Assembly: GCA_051886195.1 (NCBI GenBank)
Contig: JBJEXW010000003.1
Span: forward strand, 23,844 to 87,843
Direction: 5' to 3'
From: Clostridia bacterium
Lineage (GTDB): Bacteria > Bacillota > Clostridia > TANB77 > CAG-465
DNA length: 64,000 bases
Below are positions 1-8,693 of the stretch, in pieces. The translations under genes and the position numbers were made by a program. The stretch's first letter is position 1. Each line of letters opens with the position of its first letter. The notes under the pieces are model-generated. The model saw only the letters and a program-made list of their open reading frames with translations, ran no database searches and was not told the origin of the DNA.

Positions 1-1
1 A

Positions 2-355
2 ATCTATGAAAAACTAGCAGAGTTAGGTCAAGAAGTAGTATTAAATACTCCTACAACAGAAAGTATATATCCATGTCGCGTTATACAGACTCCTCTAGTA
101 AGTATAAAGAATAAAGAAAATACAAATCCAGTATATAAGAGATTTCAAATTACTATAGAAAACTGGACAGATACACAACGAGGTTGTATGGATATGATAA
201 ATAAAACAGATGAGAAACTGAAAGAATTAAATATCTTAAGAATAAACTCAAATAGTATTATATTATTTGATGAAATAACTAAAAAATATAGAATGATAGG
301 TACATATGAAGTTAATTATAATGCTTTATATGATGCCTTTTTTTGTATAAAAATA
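2..355 (+). CDS. Phage structural (tail/head-tail) protein, C-terminal fragment; the 5' end lies outside the window
   Basis: Open frame from the window edge to a TAA at 353; sits directly upstream of the tail tube gene. Confidence 0.35.
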
Positions 356-371
356 TAAGGAGGAATTTAAA

Positions 372-857
372 ATGGAAGAAGAAGTAACTATACAAGAAGG
401 AAATCCAGATATTGCAATGAAAGCAACTTTGGAATATGCTAAAACATTAATAGGAAATAAAACTAAAATAGCGTGGGTACAAAATATTGGACAGTTAGTT
501 CAATTACCAGATGGAGTTCCATATAGTGCTATAGACAAAGATGAGGAATATATGGCTAAAGGAAAGAAAAAAGCAGAAGCTATAGACGTAGAGATATTAT
601 TTACACATAAAGAACATAATACTTTAAAGAAAATATCTGATAATGATGAAGAAAACTATTTCTTTATAAAATATCCAGAAGTTACTGCAGAAATTAAAGA
701 CAAGCCATTAGTATTTTCATTTAAAGGTAATATTGCATTAGCAGCAAATGCAATTGAAGATGGAGAATTGTTAAAAGATACAATTAGAATATTTAAAAAA
801 AGTAAAGTTGTAGAAACAGATGGATATCCAGTTGAATCTGATTCAACTAAATATTAA
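372..857 (+). CDS. Phage major tail / tail tube protein (putative)
   Basis: 161 aa with an RBS (AGGAGG); first in the gene order tube, chaperones, tape measure. Confidence 0.4.
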   Translation: MEEEVTIQEGNPDIAMKATLEYAKTLIGNKTKIAWVQNIGQLVQLPDGVPYSAIDKDEEYMAKGKKKAEAIDVEILFTHKEHNTLKKISDNDEENYFFIKYPEVTAEIKDKPLVFSFKGNIALAANAIEDGELLKDTIRIFKKSKVVETDGYPVESDSTKY

Positions 858-871
858 TGTGGAGGTAAAAA

Positions 872-1336
872 ATGCAATTAGTAACAAAAAACAAAACTGT
901 AAATTTAGTGATTAGAACAAGAAAACTAGTAGATGTAGCTAATAATTTAAAAGGAGAAAACTTTGAGACAGTCTATTTTAGAGCTTTAAATAAGGTAAAT
1001 CTAGAAGATTTATCTAAAATAATATATTTACTAGCAGAAAATGAAGATAAAACTAATCCATTTAATAGTTCAACAGAAGTATATGATTTTATAGATGATT
1101 ATAAAGCTGAAACAGGAAAAACATATATAGATATATTTAAAGAAATCGCAGAGGTAATCAATGAAGAGGGTTTTTTCAACAGCAAAATGAGCAAGAAGGA
1201 TCTAAAAACAAAGATGGAAAATCCTTTTGGACAAGTCAATTTAGAAGATGTTGTGAAGAGTTCAGCAGAAAAAGCAATAACAAGCGTAGCACAAGAACAA
1301 TTTCAAGGATTTATGGTACAAGGCTTCAAAAATTAG
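872..1336 (+). CDS. Phage tail assembly chaperone-like protein
   Basis: 154 aa acidic protein placed after the tail tube gene and before the tape-measure gene. Confidence 0.3.
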   Translation: MQLVTKNKTVNLVIRTRKLVDVANNLKGENFETVYFRALNKVNLEDLSKIIYLLAENEDKTNPFNSSTEVYDFIDDYKAETGKTYIDIFKEIAEVINEEGFFNSKMSKKDLKTKMENPFGQVNLEDVVKSSAEKAITSVAQEQFQGFMVQGFKN

Positions 1337-1392
1337 ATGATATATTAGATAATTTACAAGAATCTAAGAATATAAAAGAATTTATATATTCT

Positions 1393-1677
1393 ATGGAAGC
1401 ATTAGCATATTATTTTGGAATGAAACCAGAAGAGTATTGGAATGCAAGATATAGAGAAGTAACTTTATATTGTAATGTTAATTTATTTAAAATAACGGAT
1501 AATATCAAGCGAAATATAGAATTATATGAGGCAGTAACAGATAAAATTATTACTGCTAATGCCATGTGTGTAAAGAAACCTAAATTCTTAAAATTAAAAG
1601 AAATGTTTGGAAACTTATTTAAGAAAAAGGAGCAAACAGTAGAAGAACAGATAAAGATGTTAAGAAGAATGAAATAG
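1393..1677 (+). CDS. Phage protein (second tail chaperone-like / XkdN-like)
   Basis: 94 aa; separated from the previous ORF by 56 nt with no overlap. Confidence 0.25.
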   Translation: MEALAYYFGMKPEEYWNARYREVTLYCNVNLFKITDNIKRNIELYEAVTDKIITANAMCVKKPKFLKLKEMFGNLFKKKEQTVEEQIKMLRRMK

Positions 1678-1692
1678 TGGGAGGTAAAACCA

Positions 1693-2076
1693 ATGAAAAA
1701 AGCAAATATTGGAGATATATGGGTAGTCTTAAATCCTAAAATAAAAGCTAATAATGGTAATAATATAAGTGTTGAACTAGAAAAAAGACCGTGTTTAATC
1801 ATTGATGATGGACACGGTTTTATTATTGAAAAAAGTAATGATTATTTAGGAATGAAAATAACTACACAAAAAAGCTCAATTAGAAGAAAAGAAATAAAAA
1901 ATTGGGATGAAGTAGGACTAAAATATAAATCTTATTTAAGGATCGAACCTCCTATTAAAATAGAAAAAGAACAACTAATAAGAAAGCTAGGACAAGTAAA
2001 TAAATATGACTTATATCTGTATCTTAATGAGTTGTCAGATTATTTTAATGTAGACGTTCTAGCTAATTTCAAGTGA
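1693..2076 (+). CDS. PemK/MazF-like toxin-fold protein (orphan)
   Basis: Motifs GDIWVV, EKRPCLII and ITTQKS align with MazF/PemK GD(I/L)W, RPxvV and TTQ; RBS GGGAGG. Confidence 0.45.
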   Translation: MKKANIGDIWVVLNPKIKANNGNNISVELEKRPCLIIDDGHGFIIEKSNDYLGMKITTQKSSIRRKEIKNWDEVGLKYKSYLRIEPPIKIEKEQLIRKLGQVNKYDLYLYLNELSDYFNVDVLANFK

Positions 2077-2174
2077 AATAGCCTTAAATAAAGAGGCAAA
2101 CTGTACTTTGAAAACATAAAAAATAAAACTAGACAGGCAGGAAAAAAATTTTTAACTTTTTTTAGAAAAACTCT

Positions 2175-2202
2175 TGACTTTTGTATGTTGATACAATATA
2201 AT
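2175..2202 (+). promoter_or_regulatory. Sigma-A-type promoter (TTGACT, 16 nt, TATAAT) with TGTAT..ATACA operator repeats
   Basis: Near-consensus -35 and -10 boxes; two TGTATG-N2-GATACA-like repeats overlap the -10 and +1. Confidence 0.5.
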
Positions 2203-2224
2203 GTATGTAGATACAGGAGGAGGG

Positions 2225-2404
2225 ATTAAAATAGAAAAGAAAAGTAGGGCTGAATATTTTAGAAAAAGAAGAGAATTTTTAAGTGGATTTAATGTATTAA
2301 TTCCAAAAGAAAAATATGAAGCTATAAACGAAGAGTTAAAACGTCAAAATAAAACTAAAACCAAATGGCTTTTAGAAAAAATTGATGAAGAAACAAAAAA
2401 ATAG
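2225..2404 (+). CDS. Small ribbon-helix-helix-like regulator (cassette A)
   Basis: The ATG at 2201 lies inside the -10 box. RBS AGGAGG at 2215; the likely start is a non-canonical ATT/ATA in the same frame (uncertain). Motif FNVLIPKEKYEAI..WLLEKI is RHH-like. Confidence 0.35.
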   Translation: MKIEKKSRAEYFRKRREFLSGFNVLIPKEKYEAINEELKRQNKTKTKWLLEKIDEETKK

Positions 2405-2436
2405 AGTATTGTGACACTCGCCAAAGTAAACCACAA

Positions 2437-2530
2437 TACTCAACTCAATAAGAACTTTAGTCCTTATAAATCTATTGTATCACAGTAAGGGCTGAAGTTC
2501 AAGAGAAATTTTGAATGGAGGTCATTTTTT
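2437..2530 (+). ncRNA. Conserved ~90-nt leader element (copy A), candidate regulatory RNA
   Basis: About 95% identical to 8268..8356 while the flanking coding sequence has diverged; ends in the RBS GGAGG for the next ORF. Confidence 0.35.
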
Positions 2531-2794
2531 ATGGAAAGAAAGGTAAATATAGACAAAATAGAAGATGCAAATGTAAAGATAAGTAAGATTGAGAATTTAT
2601 TAGGATATTTAATAGAAAAGGATTATAGTGCTATAAATGCAGTTAACGAAGAACTAAGTGGAACTACATTAGAATATGTATTTAATATTAAATATCATGA
2701 TACACAAAACGTATTAGATATAATACAAGATTATGTGATTTCAATGAAGAAAGATATAGAAGATGCAATTAATTCTTCTATAAAGGAGAACTAA
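2531..2794 (+). CDS. Small hypothetical protein (MERKV family, cassette A)
   Basis: 87 aa; N- and C-termini shared with the 8357..8521 product. Confidence 0.4.
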   Translation: MERKVNIDKIEDANVKISKIENLLGYLIEKDYSAINAVNEELSGTTLEYVFNIKYHDTQNVLDIIQDYVISMKKDIEDAINSSIKEN

Positions 2795-2796
2795 TT

Positions 2797-2964
2797 ATGG
2801 GAATAATAGAAACTATGATCTTAATAATAATGTGTATTTTAAAAATAGCAATAATGAATTTACCTACGTTATTAATAATAATAGGTATACAAGCTGTTAC
2901 ATATTGGATAACAGGAATAAGTATATATAACAATATAATGAAATTTGTTTTAAGGAGGATATAA
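2797..2964 (+). CDS. 55-aa hydrophobic membrane peptide (cassette A)
   Basis: MGIIETMILIIMCIL...; about 80% identical to the peptide at 8524..8691; absent from the ORF track because it is shorter than 60 aa. Confidence 0.45.
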   Translation: MGIIETMILIIMCILKIAIMNLPTLLIIIGIQAVTYWITGISIYNNIMKFVLRRI

Positions 2965-2967
2965 ATT

Positions 2968-3741
2968 ATGAATGAAATAATAAAAATAAATAATGTAAGA
3001 GGATGTCAAACTGCAAATGGAATGGCACAATTAAATTTAGAGGATGTGGCAAGAGGATTGGGATTTACAAACGTAGCCACAAGTGGTCACGAAGTAGTTA
3101 GATGGGCAAGAGTAAGAAAATATTTAAATGATATAGGTTTTAATATAAAAAATGAAAAATTACCAGAATATATACCAGAGAATATATTTTATAAATTGTG
3201 CTTTAAAGCTAAAAATGAAGTGGCAAGAAGATTTCAAGACATGGTAACAGATGAGGTATTACCAAGTATAAGAAAACATGGAGCATATTTAACACCAGAT
3301 AAAGTAGAAGAAGTATTATTAAATCCAGATACAATAATAAATCTTGCAACAGAGTTGAAGAAAGAACGTTTATTAAACGAGCAAAACCAAAAACTAATAG
3401 GAGAATTAAAGCCAAAGGCAGATTATACAGATATGGTATTACAAAGTAAAGGAACAGTTACAATAAACGCAATAGCAAATGACTATGGTATGACAGCAAT
3501 AGCAATGAATAGGTTATTATATAGTTTAGGAGTGCAATATAAACAGGGAGAACAATGGTTATTATATGGTAAATATAGAAATTTTGGATATACACATAAT
3601 AAAACAATTCATTATCATCATAAGAACGGAACTCCTGCAACTAAATTAAATATGGAATGGACACAAAAGGGTAGACTATTTTTATATAGACTATTAAAAG
3701 AGCATGATATATTACCACTAATTGAAGAATTGAGTGCATAA
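2968..3741 (+). CDS. Phage antirepressor-like protein (Bro-N + KilA-C/ANT domains)
   Basis: N-terminus has a Bro-N pattern (..EVARRFQDMVTDEVLPSIRKHGAY); C-terminus is KilAC-like. Confidence 0.6.
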   Translation: MNEIIKINNVRGCQTANGMAQLNLEDVARGLGFTNVATSGHEVVRWARVRKYLNDIGFNIKNEKLPEYIPENIFYKLCFKAKNEVARRFQDMVTDEVLPSIRKHGAYLTPDKVEEVLLNPDTIINLATELKKERLLNEQNQKLIGELKPKADYTDMVLQSKGTVTINAIANDYGMTAIAMNRLLYSLGVQYKQGEQWLLYGKYRNFGYTHNKTIHYHHKNGTPATKLNMEWTQKGRLFLYRLLKEHDILPLIEELSA

Positions 3742-3803
3742 ATTGATATAAGAAAATTAAGGGGAATAGAGAAATCTATTCTCTTTTTATATGGAGGTAA
3801 AAG

Positions 3804-4091
3804 ATGAGTAACAATTATTTAGTAAAAGATATTCAAAGAATAGTAGTTGAAAGGGAAGATACAAAAGAAATATTGGCAGTAATAACAAATGATGATATTG
3901 AACCTGCCAATAATATTCAAGTTAGAATCAAACCTGTATATAAAAGAGAGATAGACAAATTTAATCAAATAGCTAAGCCAATAAGTGAATTTTTAAGGAA
4001 AAATTATAATATGCATGCAACAGCTATAATTACAGATAGTAATGCTAAAATTGTTATAGATGATATAGGAACACCAACTATAAAAGACTAA
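3804..4091 (+). CDS. Hypothetical phage protein
   Basis: 95-aa ORF with an RBS. Confidence 0.35.
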   Translation: MSNNYLVKDIQRIVVEREDTKEILAVITNDDIEPANNIQVRIKPVYKREIDKFNQIAKPISEFLRKNYNMHATAIITDSNAKIVIDDIGTPTIKD

Positions 4092-4108
4092 CTAAAAAGT
4101 TAGTCTTA
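4084..4108. terminator. Bidirectional hairpin terminator
   Basis: agactaact-aaaa-agttagtct lies between convergent genes. Confidence 0.4.
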
Positions 4109-4110
4109 AA

Positions 4111-4314
4111 TTAGTATATACGATGGTAGTTATGTGTTTTATCAATATATGATAGAGCACTACCTAATGATGAAGCATTTATAAAGTTAGAATATTCTGA
4201 ATAACTAACATTATAATATTGATAAATTGCTCCATCTTTGAATTGAACTTCTAATGTATTATTATCCCAACCTACACTAGAAATTCTACTTGAATATACA
4301 GGTGTTCTGTTCAT
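4111..4314 (-). CDS. KTSC domain protein
   Basis: Motif SSRISSVGWDNNTLEVQFKDGAIYQYYNVSYSEYSNF matches the KTSC consensus (S..I.SVGYD...L.V.F..G..Y.Y..VP..Y..F). Confidence 0.55.
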   Translation of the reverse strand: MNRTPVYSSRISSVGWDNNTLEVQFKDGAIYQYYNVSYSEYSNFINASSLGSALSYIDKTHNYHRIY

Positions 4315-4364
4315 TATATCACCTCCCTATAATTGACATTATAATACTAAAAATTGGTAAAAAC

Positions 4365-4455
4365 AACTATGCCCTGAGTAAGGCATTAAACTGCTCTTAT
4401 ATCCCTTAAAATTAAATTTATTCTAAAAGAGTTAAACTTAATAGTTTAGCTCTTT
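4365..4455 (+). repeat. ~90-nt two-hairpin boundary element, copy 1
   Basis: atgccctgagtaaggcat..aaactgctcttatatccctt..aagagttaaact-taat-agtttagctcttt; repeated at 9447..9527. Confidence 0.5.
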
Positions 4456-4471
4456 AATTATTTATTAGGAG

Positions 4472-7400
4472 GTGAAAAAGATGACAATTGAAGAAATAGA
4501 AATAATAGTAACTGCTAAAGTTGAAGAAGCATTACGAGAATTTAATAAGATGAAACCTCAACTAATGAAAGTAATGGAAGAAGTATCAAAAGAGATAAGC
4601 AAAGTAGATTTTAAGCAATTAAATAATACAGTAAAAGAAGGAACAAATGAAGTAAAGAAACAATTAAAATCTACATTTAATCCAGAAACTTTAGATCCTG
4701 GTTTTCTTAAAGCAACAGAAAAATTATATGCAGAAAGCATCAAAAAAACCCAAAAATATGTTAAAGACGTGCAAAATGAAATGTCAAAAGGAGACATGCA
4801 AGAAATAGGAAGACAAGTAGCACAAGCAACAGAGCAAGTTAATCAGGCTTTAAATAGTGAAAGTGTGCAAAAAGTAGTAAAAGACTCAGTAAAAGCTATA
4901 GAACAAATTAAGGATAAATTAGAAGAAGTAAAAGAAACAAACAAAGAGAATGAAATTAAATTAGATGTAAGTAATGAAGAAGCACTAGAGCAGATTACAC
5001 AATTAGAAAAAGAAATTGATTCGTTACAAAAGAAAATTACATCTAGGGAGATGAAATTGAGTGTAACAACGGATGCAATAGATAAAATACGATATGGAAA
5101 GCAAGATGAAATAAGAAAACAAAATCCTAGTTTAAGGGATATGCAAGTATCTAATAGAGCTGATTTTCAATTAAGTTCAGATACAGGATATACATCATTA
5201 GTAAATCAAGCGGATAAATTAAATACGGAAGTAACAAAGTATAATAGCTTACTTGAAAGTGCAAAAAGTAAATTAAGTGGATTAAAACAAAATACATCAC
5301 AAGTAGCGACAGAACAAGAAAAAACAAATACAAAAACAAGTAAATTACAAACAATATTCAATTCAGTAGGGGCTGGAATAAAATCTATGTTATCTGGACT
5401 AGGCAAGATGTTCCAAACAGGTGGTAAGGTAGTAAATATATTTAAAAAGTTTACTCCACATCTAGGCAATGGAATGAAAAGCTTATTAAAATATGCAGCT
5501 ACATTATTTAGCTTAAAGAGTGTATATAATACATTAAATTCAGCAGGTCAAGCTTGGTTATCTAGTCAAGATAGTGGTGCTAAACAATTAAGTGCAAATA
5601 TAGATTATATGAAATATGCACTAGGTAGTGCAGTGGCACCAGTAATACAATATGTAACTAATTTATTTTATCAACTATTAAAAGCTGTTCAAAGTGTAAT
5701 ATATGCCTTATTTAAGGTAAATATATTTGCTAAAGCGGGAGCAAGTGCTTATAATTCTATGGCAAATAATGCTAGTAAAGCAAGTAAAGCTAATAAAAGT
5801 TTAGCAAGTATACATAGTGAAATAAATAATGTATCATCAAGTTCTGGAGATAGTGGCAATAATGCATTAGTTCCAAGTATGGACTTTTCTAGTTTAGATA
5901 CACAACTTACACCATTAAAAAAAAGATTAGCTGATTTCTTTAGACCATTAGTTGAAAGTTGGAATACATATAGTCCACAATTAATATCAAAAGTACAAGA
6001 AACATTTAGTCAAATAGGATCATTATTAGAAAGCATAGGACAGAGCTTTATAAATATATTTGCAAATGGTACAGTATATACTATTTTAGAAAATATATTA
6101 AGTATTATAGGTAATATAGCAGAAGCTTTTGCAAATGCATGGAATTACAATGGTAATGGAGATATAATTGTACAAAATCTAGCAACAGCCTTAAATAATT
6201 TATTAATAGCAATAAATAATGTAGTACAAAGCTCAGGTTTTCAAGAATGGTTAAATAATTGTTCTGATAAATTTAGAGAGATAACAGAAAAAATTGCCGA
6301 AATAGATTGGCAACCATTAATTGATGCTTTAAGTAAAATAGGAGCATCAATAGGTACATTAGCTTTAGATATATTAAGTGGATTAGTAGATGTATTTAAA
6401 TGGTTTATTGAAAATCCAGATATATCAGGAATAATATTATCAATTGCAGCAGCATTATTACTTGTAGGTAGCGCAATAAATGCTTTTTCTGGTATTGCAG
6501 CAGTAATATCTTCTCTATCAAATTTAGCATCAGTAATTGGAACAACAATTTCAACTATTATGTCAGTTATAGGAGGAATATCTCTAATCATAGTTGGAAT
6601 AGTAACAGCTATTTCAAGTTTTGTAAGTATGCTTTCAGAAGGATTTAGCTGGCTTAAAGAGGTTATTATGCTAGTAGGAATTGCAATAGCAGCAGTAGGA
6701 GCAATTATTTTAGGAGCACCTGCACTAGTTGCAGGTGTTATAGCAGCAGTAGTTGCAGTTGTGGCTACATTAGTTGTTGCGGTTAAAGAACATTGGAATG
6801 AGATTAAGGAATTTATATCAAATGGCGTAGAAAAAGTTAAAGAAATATTTAATACAGTAATAGAATGGGTAAAAGAAAATTGGCAAGGATTATTATTACT
6901 AATAGTAAATCCATTTGTTGGAGCTTTTAAACTACTATATGATAATTGTGAAGGATTTAGAAATTTCATAGATAGTTTTGTAGAGAAAATTAAAAATTTC
7001 TTTAAAGATTTATGGAATAATATACAAAACATATTGTCGAATATAGGCAGTTTCTTTTCAAATATATTTAATAGTATAGGAAATGTAGTTTCGAATGTAT
7101 TTAATGGAATGTGGAATACAATAAGAAATGTAATTAATGCTATTTTAGGTGGAATAGAGTCTATGGCAAATGGTATAGTATGGGGAGTAAATAAAGTAAT
7201 AGACGTATTAAATAACCTTAATGTTCATATACCAGACTGGATACCAGTATTTGGCGGAAAAGACATAGGATTTCATATTAATCAAATGAGTACTGTTTCG
7301 TTACCACGACTTGCTAAAGGAAATGTAGCATGGAAGGAAACAGTAGGCATTTTTGGAGAGTATTCGGGAGCACAAAATGATCCTGAAATAACATCTCCAA

Positions 7401-7582
7401 GAAGTATAATGTATGAAACATTTGTAAAAGCTTTAAAAGAAAATAATAGCAATAATGATACTCCAATAAGTTTTAATTTGACGGCAATATTTGGAAATAA
7501 GAGAATAGGTCAAATTGCAATAGAAGATATTAAAGATATTAAGAGAGCAACAGGAGAAGATTTAGAGATTATATTTAGCTAA
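4472..7582 (+). CDS. Phage tail tape-measure protein
   Basis: 1036 aa; N-terminal coiled coil, central multi-TM Gly/Ala-rich segment, size and position typical of a TMP. Confidence 0.8.
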   Translation: MKKMTIEEIEIIVTAKVEEALREFNKMKPQLMKVMEEVSKEISKVDFKQLNNTVKEGTNEVKKQLKSTFNPETLDPGFLKATEKLYAESIKKTQKYVKDVQNEMSKGDMQEIGRQVAQATEQVNQALNSESVQKVVKDSVKAIEQIKDKLEEVKETNKENEIKLDVSNEEALEQITQLEKEIDSLQKKITSREMKLSVTTDAIDKIRYGKQDEIRKQNPSLRDMQVSNRADFQLSSDTGYTSLVNQADKLNTEVTKYNSLLESAKSKLSGLKQNTSQVATEQEKTNTKTSKLQTIFNSVGAGIKSMLSGLGKMFQTGGKVVNIFKKFTPHLGNGMKSLLKYAATLFSLKSVYNTLNSAGQAWLSSQDSGAKQLSANIDYMKYALGSAVAPVIQYVTNLFYQLLKAVQSVIYALFKVNIFAKAGASAYNSMANNASKASKANKSLASIHSEINNVSSSSGDSGNNALVPSMDFSSLDTQLTPLKKRLADFFRPLVESWNTYSPQLISKVQETFSQIGSLLESIGQSFINIFANGTVYTILENILSIIGNIAEAFANAWNYNGNGDIIVQNLATALNNLLIAINNVVQSSGFQEWLNNCSDKFREITEKIAEIDWQPLIDALSKIGASIGTLALDILSGLVDVFKWFIENPDISGIILSIAAALLLVGSAINAFSGIAAVISSLSNLASVIGTTISTIMSVIGGISLIIVGIVTAISSFVSMLSEGFSWLKEVIMLVGIAIAAVGAIILGAPALVAGVIAAVVAVVATLVVAVKEHWNEIKEFISNGVEKVKEIFNTVIEWVKENWQGLLLLIVNPFVGAFKLLYDNCEGFRNFIDSFVEKIKNFFKDLWNNIQNILSNIGSFFSNIFNSIGNVVSNVFNGMWNTIRNVINAILGGIESMANGIVWGVNKVIDVLNNLNVHIPDWIPVFGGKDIGFHINQMSTVSLPRLAKGNVAWKETVGIFGEYSGAQNDPEITSPRSIMYETFVKALKENNSNNDTPISFNLTAIFGNKRIGQIAIEDIKDIKRATGEDLEIIFS

Positions 7583-7652
7583 AAATAACAATATTATTGA
7601 AAAGTTGTAAAAAAACATATATAATATGTTATATATAAAAGGAGATAACAAT

Positions 7653-7892
7653 ATGTTTGGAAATAACAACAATAATACTGAAATAAGTTTAGAGCCTAAA
7701 AATGGTAATAAACATATATTATTGGTATGCCCATCAACTCCAAATGGAACTAAACCAGAAGTTTCATATACATCAAAGGTAAATGAAATACTTGAAGAGA
7801 TACAAAATAAGGGATATGAAGTATTAGATGTAAAATTGGAAATAGGCAGGAGAAATGGATTATCATATGAAGCACTAATAATATATAAATAA
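7653..7892 (+). CDS. Small hypothetical phage protein
   Basis: RBS AAGGAG upstream of MFGNNNN. Confidence 0.35.
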   Translation: MFGNNNNNTEISLEPKNGNKHILLVCPSTPNGTKPEVSYTSKVNEILEEIQNKGYEVLDVKLEIGRRNGLSYEALIIYK

Positions 7893-7896
7893 AAAA

Positions 7897-7925
7897 TAAG
7901 AAGAGTTAACAGAGGTTAGCTCTTT
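7897..7925 (+). terminator. Rho-independent terminator (aagagttaac..gttagctctt + T-run)
   Basis: Hairpin plus TTTTTT; the same hairpin sequence ends both cassettes. Confidence 0.5.
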
Positions 7926-7988
7926 TTTGTACCTTAAAAACATAAAAAACAGACAGAAAAATATTTTTAACTTTTTTATAAAAAACTC

Positions 7989-8031
7989 TTGATATATGTA
8001 TCCACAAATGATAATATATATGTGGATACAG
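7989..8031 (+). promoter_or_regulatory. Promoter (TTGATA, 17 nt, TAATAT) inside the palindromic operator TGTATCCACA-N13-TGTGGATACA
   Basis: 10/11 inverted repeat centred on the -10 box. Confidence 0.5.
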
Positions 8032-8037
8032 AAAGAG

Positions 8038-8223
8038 GTGAGTAAAATAGAAGTAAAAAAAATGGGTAGACCTACTAATGATCCTAAAAAATTAAATACT
8101 AGAATTAGATTATCAGAAAAAGATGTAGAAAAATTAAATTTTTGTTGCAGTAAGACAGGAAAATTAAAATCGGAAATAATAAGAGAAGGAATAGATAAGG
8201 TTTACACCGAATTAAATAAATAA
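8038..8223 (+). CDS. Ribbon-helix-helix regulator (cassette B)
   Basis: GTG start after the RBS GAAAGAGG; motif MGRPTNDPKKLNTRIRLSEKDVEKL is RHH-like. Confidence 0.45.
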   Translation: MSKIEVKKMGRPTNDPKKLNTRIRLSEKDVEKLNFCCSKTGKLKSEIIREGIDKVYTELNK

Positions 8224-8267
8224 AAAGAAGAAACCCGTTACATATCTTGGCGGATACACGAGTTTCT

Positions 8268-8356
8268 TACAAGTAAGAATTTTAGTCCTTACAAATCTAA
8301 TTGTATCACAGTAAGGGCTGAAGTTCAAGAGAAATTTTGAATGGAGGTCATTTTTT
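8268..8356 (+). ncRNA. Conserved leader element (copy B)
   Basis: About 95% identical to 2437..2530. Confidence 0.35.
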
Positions 8357-8521
8357 ATGGAAAGAAAGGTAGATAAAAATTGGAAATTAGAGGAACAAAA
8401 TTATGAATTATTAAGAAAATATGAAGATACACAAACAGTTACAGATATATTATTTGATTATTTACTTTCGATAAGAAAGGAATTAAAAAATGTAATTGAT
8501 ACCTCTGTGAAGGAGGATTAA
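8357..8521 (+). CDS. Small hypothetical protein (MERKV family, cassette B)
   Basis: 54 aa; paralogous to 2531..2794. Confidence 0.4.
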   Translation: MERKVDKNWKLEEQNYELLRKYEDTQTVTDILFDYLLSIRKELKNVIDTSVKED

Positions 8522-8523
8522 TT

Positions 8524-8691
8524 ATGGGAATAATTGAAGTAATGATTTTAATGATAATGTGTATCTTAAGAATGATAATAATAAACTTACCTACATTATT
8601 AATAATGATAGGTATACAAGCTGTTACATATTGGATAACAGGAATAAGTATATATAATAAAATAAAAGATTTTATGATAAGGGGGATGTAA
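8524..8691 (+). CDS. 55-aa hydrophobic membrane peptide (cassette B)
   Basis: MGIIEVMILMIMCILRMIIINLPTLLIMIGIQAVTYWITGISIYN.. Confidence 0.45.
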   Translation: MGIIEVMILMIMCILRMIIINLPTLLIMIGIQAVTYWITGISIYNKIKDFMIRGM

Positions 8692-8693
8692 TT

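Noticed and set aside
872-1677. Programmed -1 frameshift between the two tail chaperone ORFs (G/GT-like)
   Set aside because: The ORFs do not overlap (56-nt gap with stop codons) and no slippery heptamer is evident.
1410-1802. 130-aa minus-strand ORF
   Set aside because: It is antisense to two plus-strand genes and has a hydrophobic low-complexity composition typical of AT-rich antisense frames.
2201-2224. ATG at 2201 as the start of the cassette A RHH gene
   Set aside because: This ATG sits inside the -10 box of the promoter and upstream of the RBS. Comparison with the cassette B paralog (GTG, then SKIEVKK) indicates a later, probably non-canonical start.
6241-7032. 263-aa minus-strand ORF inside the tape-measure gene
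   Set aside because: It lies antisense to a strongly supported 1036-aa gene. Its low-complexity Ser/Thr/Ala composition is a mirror of the Gly/Ala-rich TM region of the tape-measure protein.
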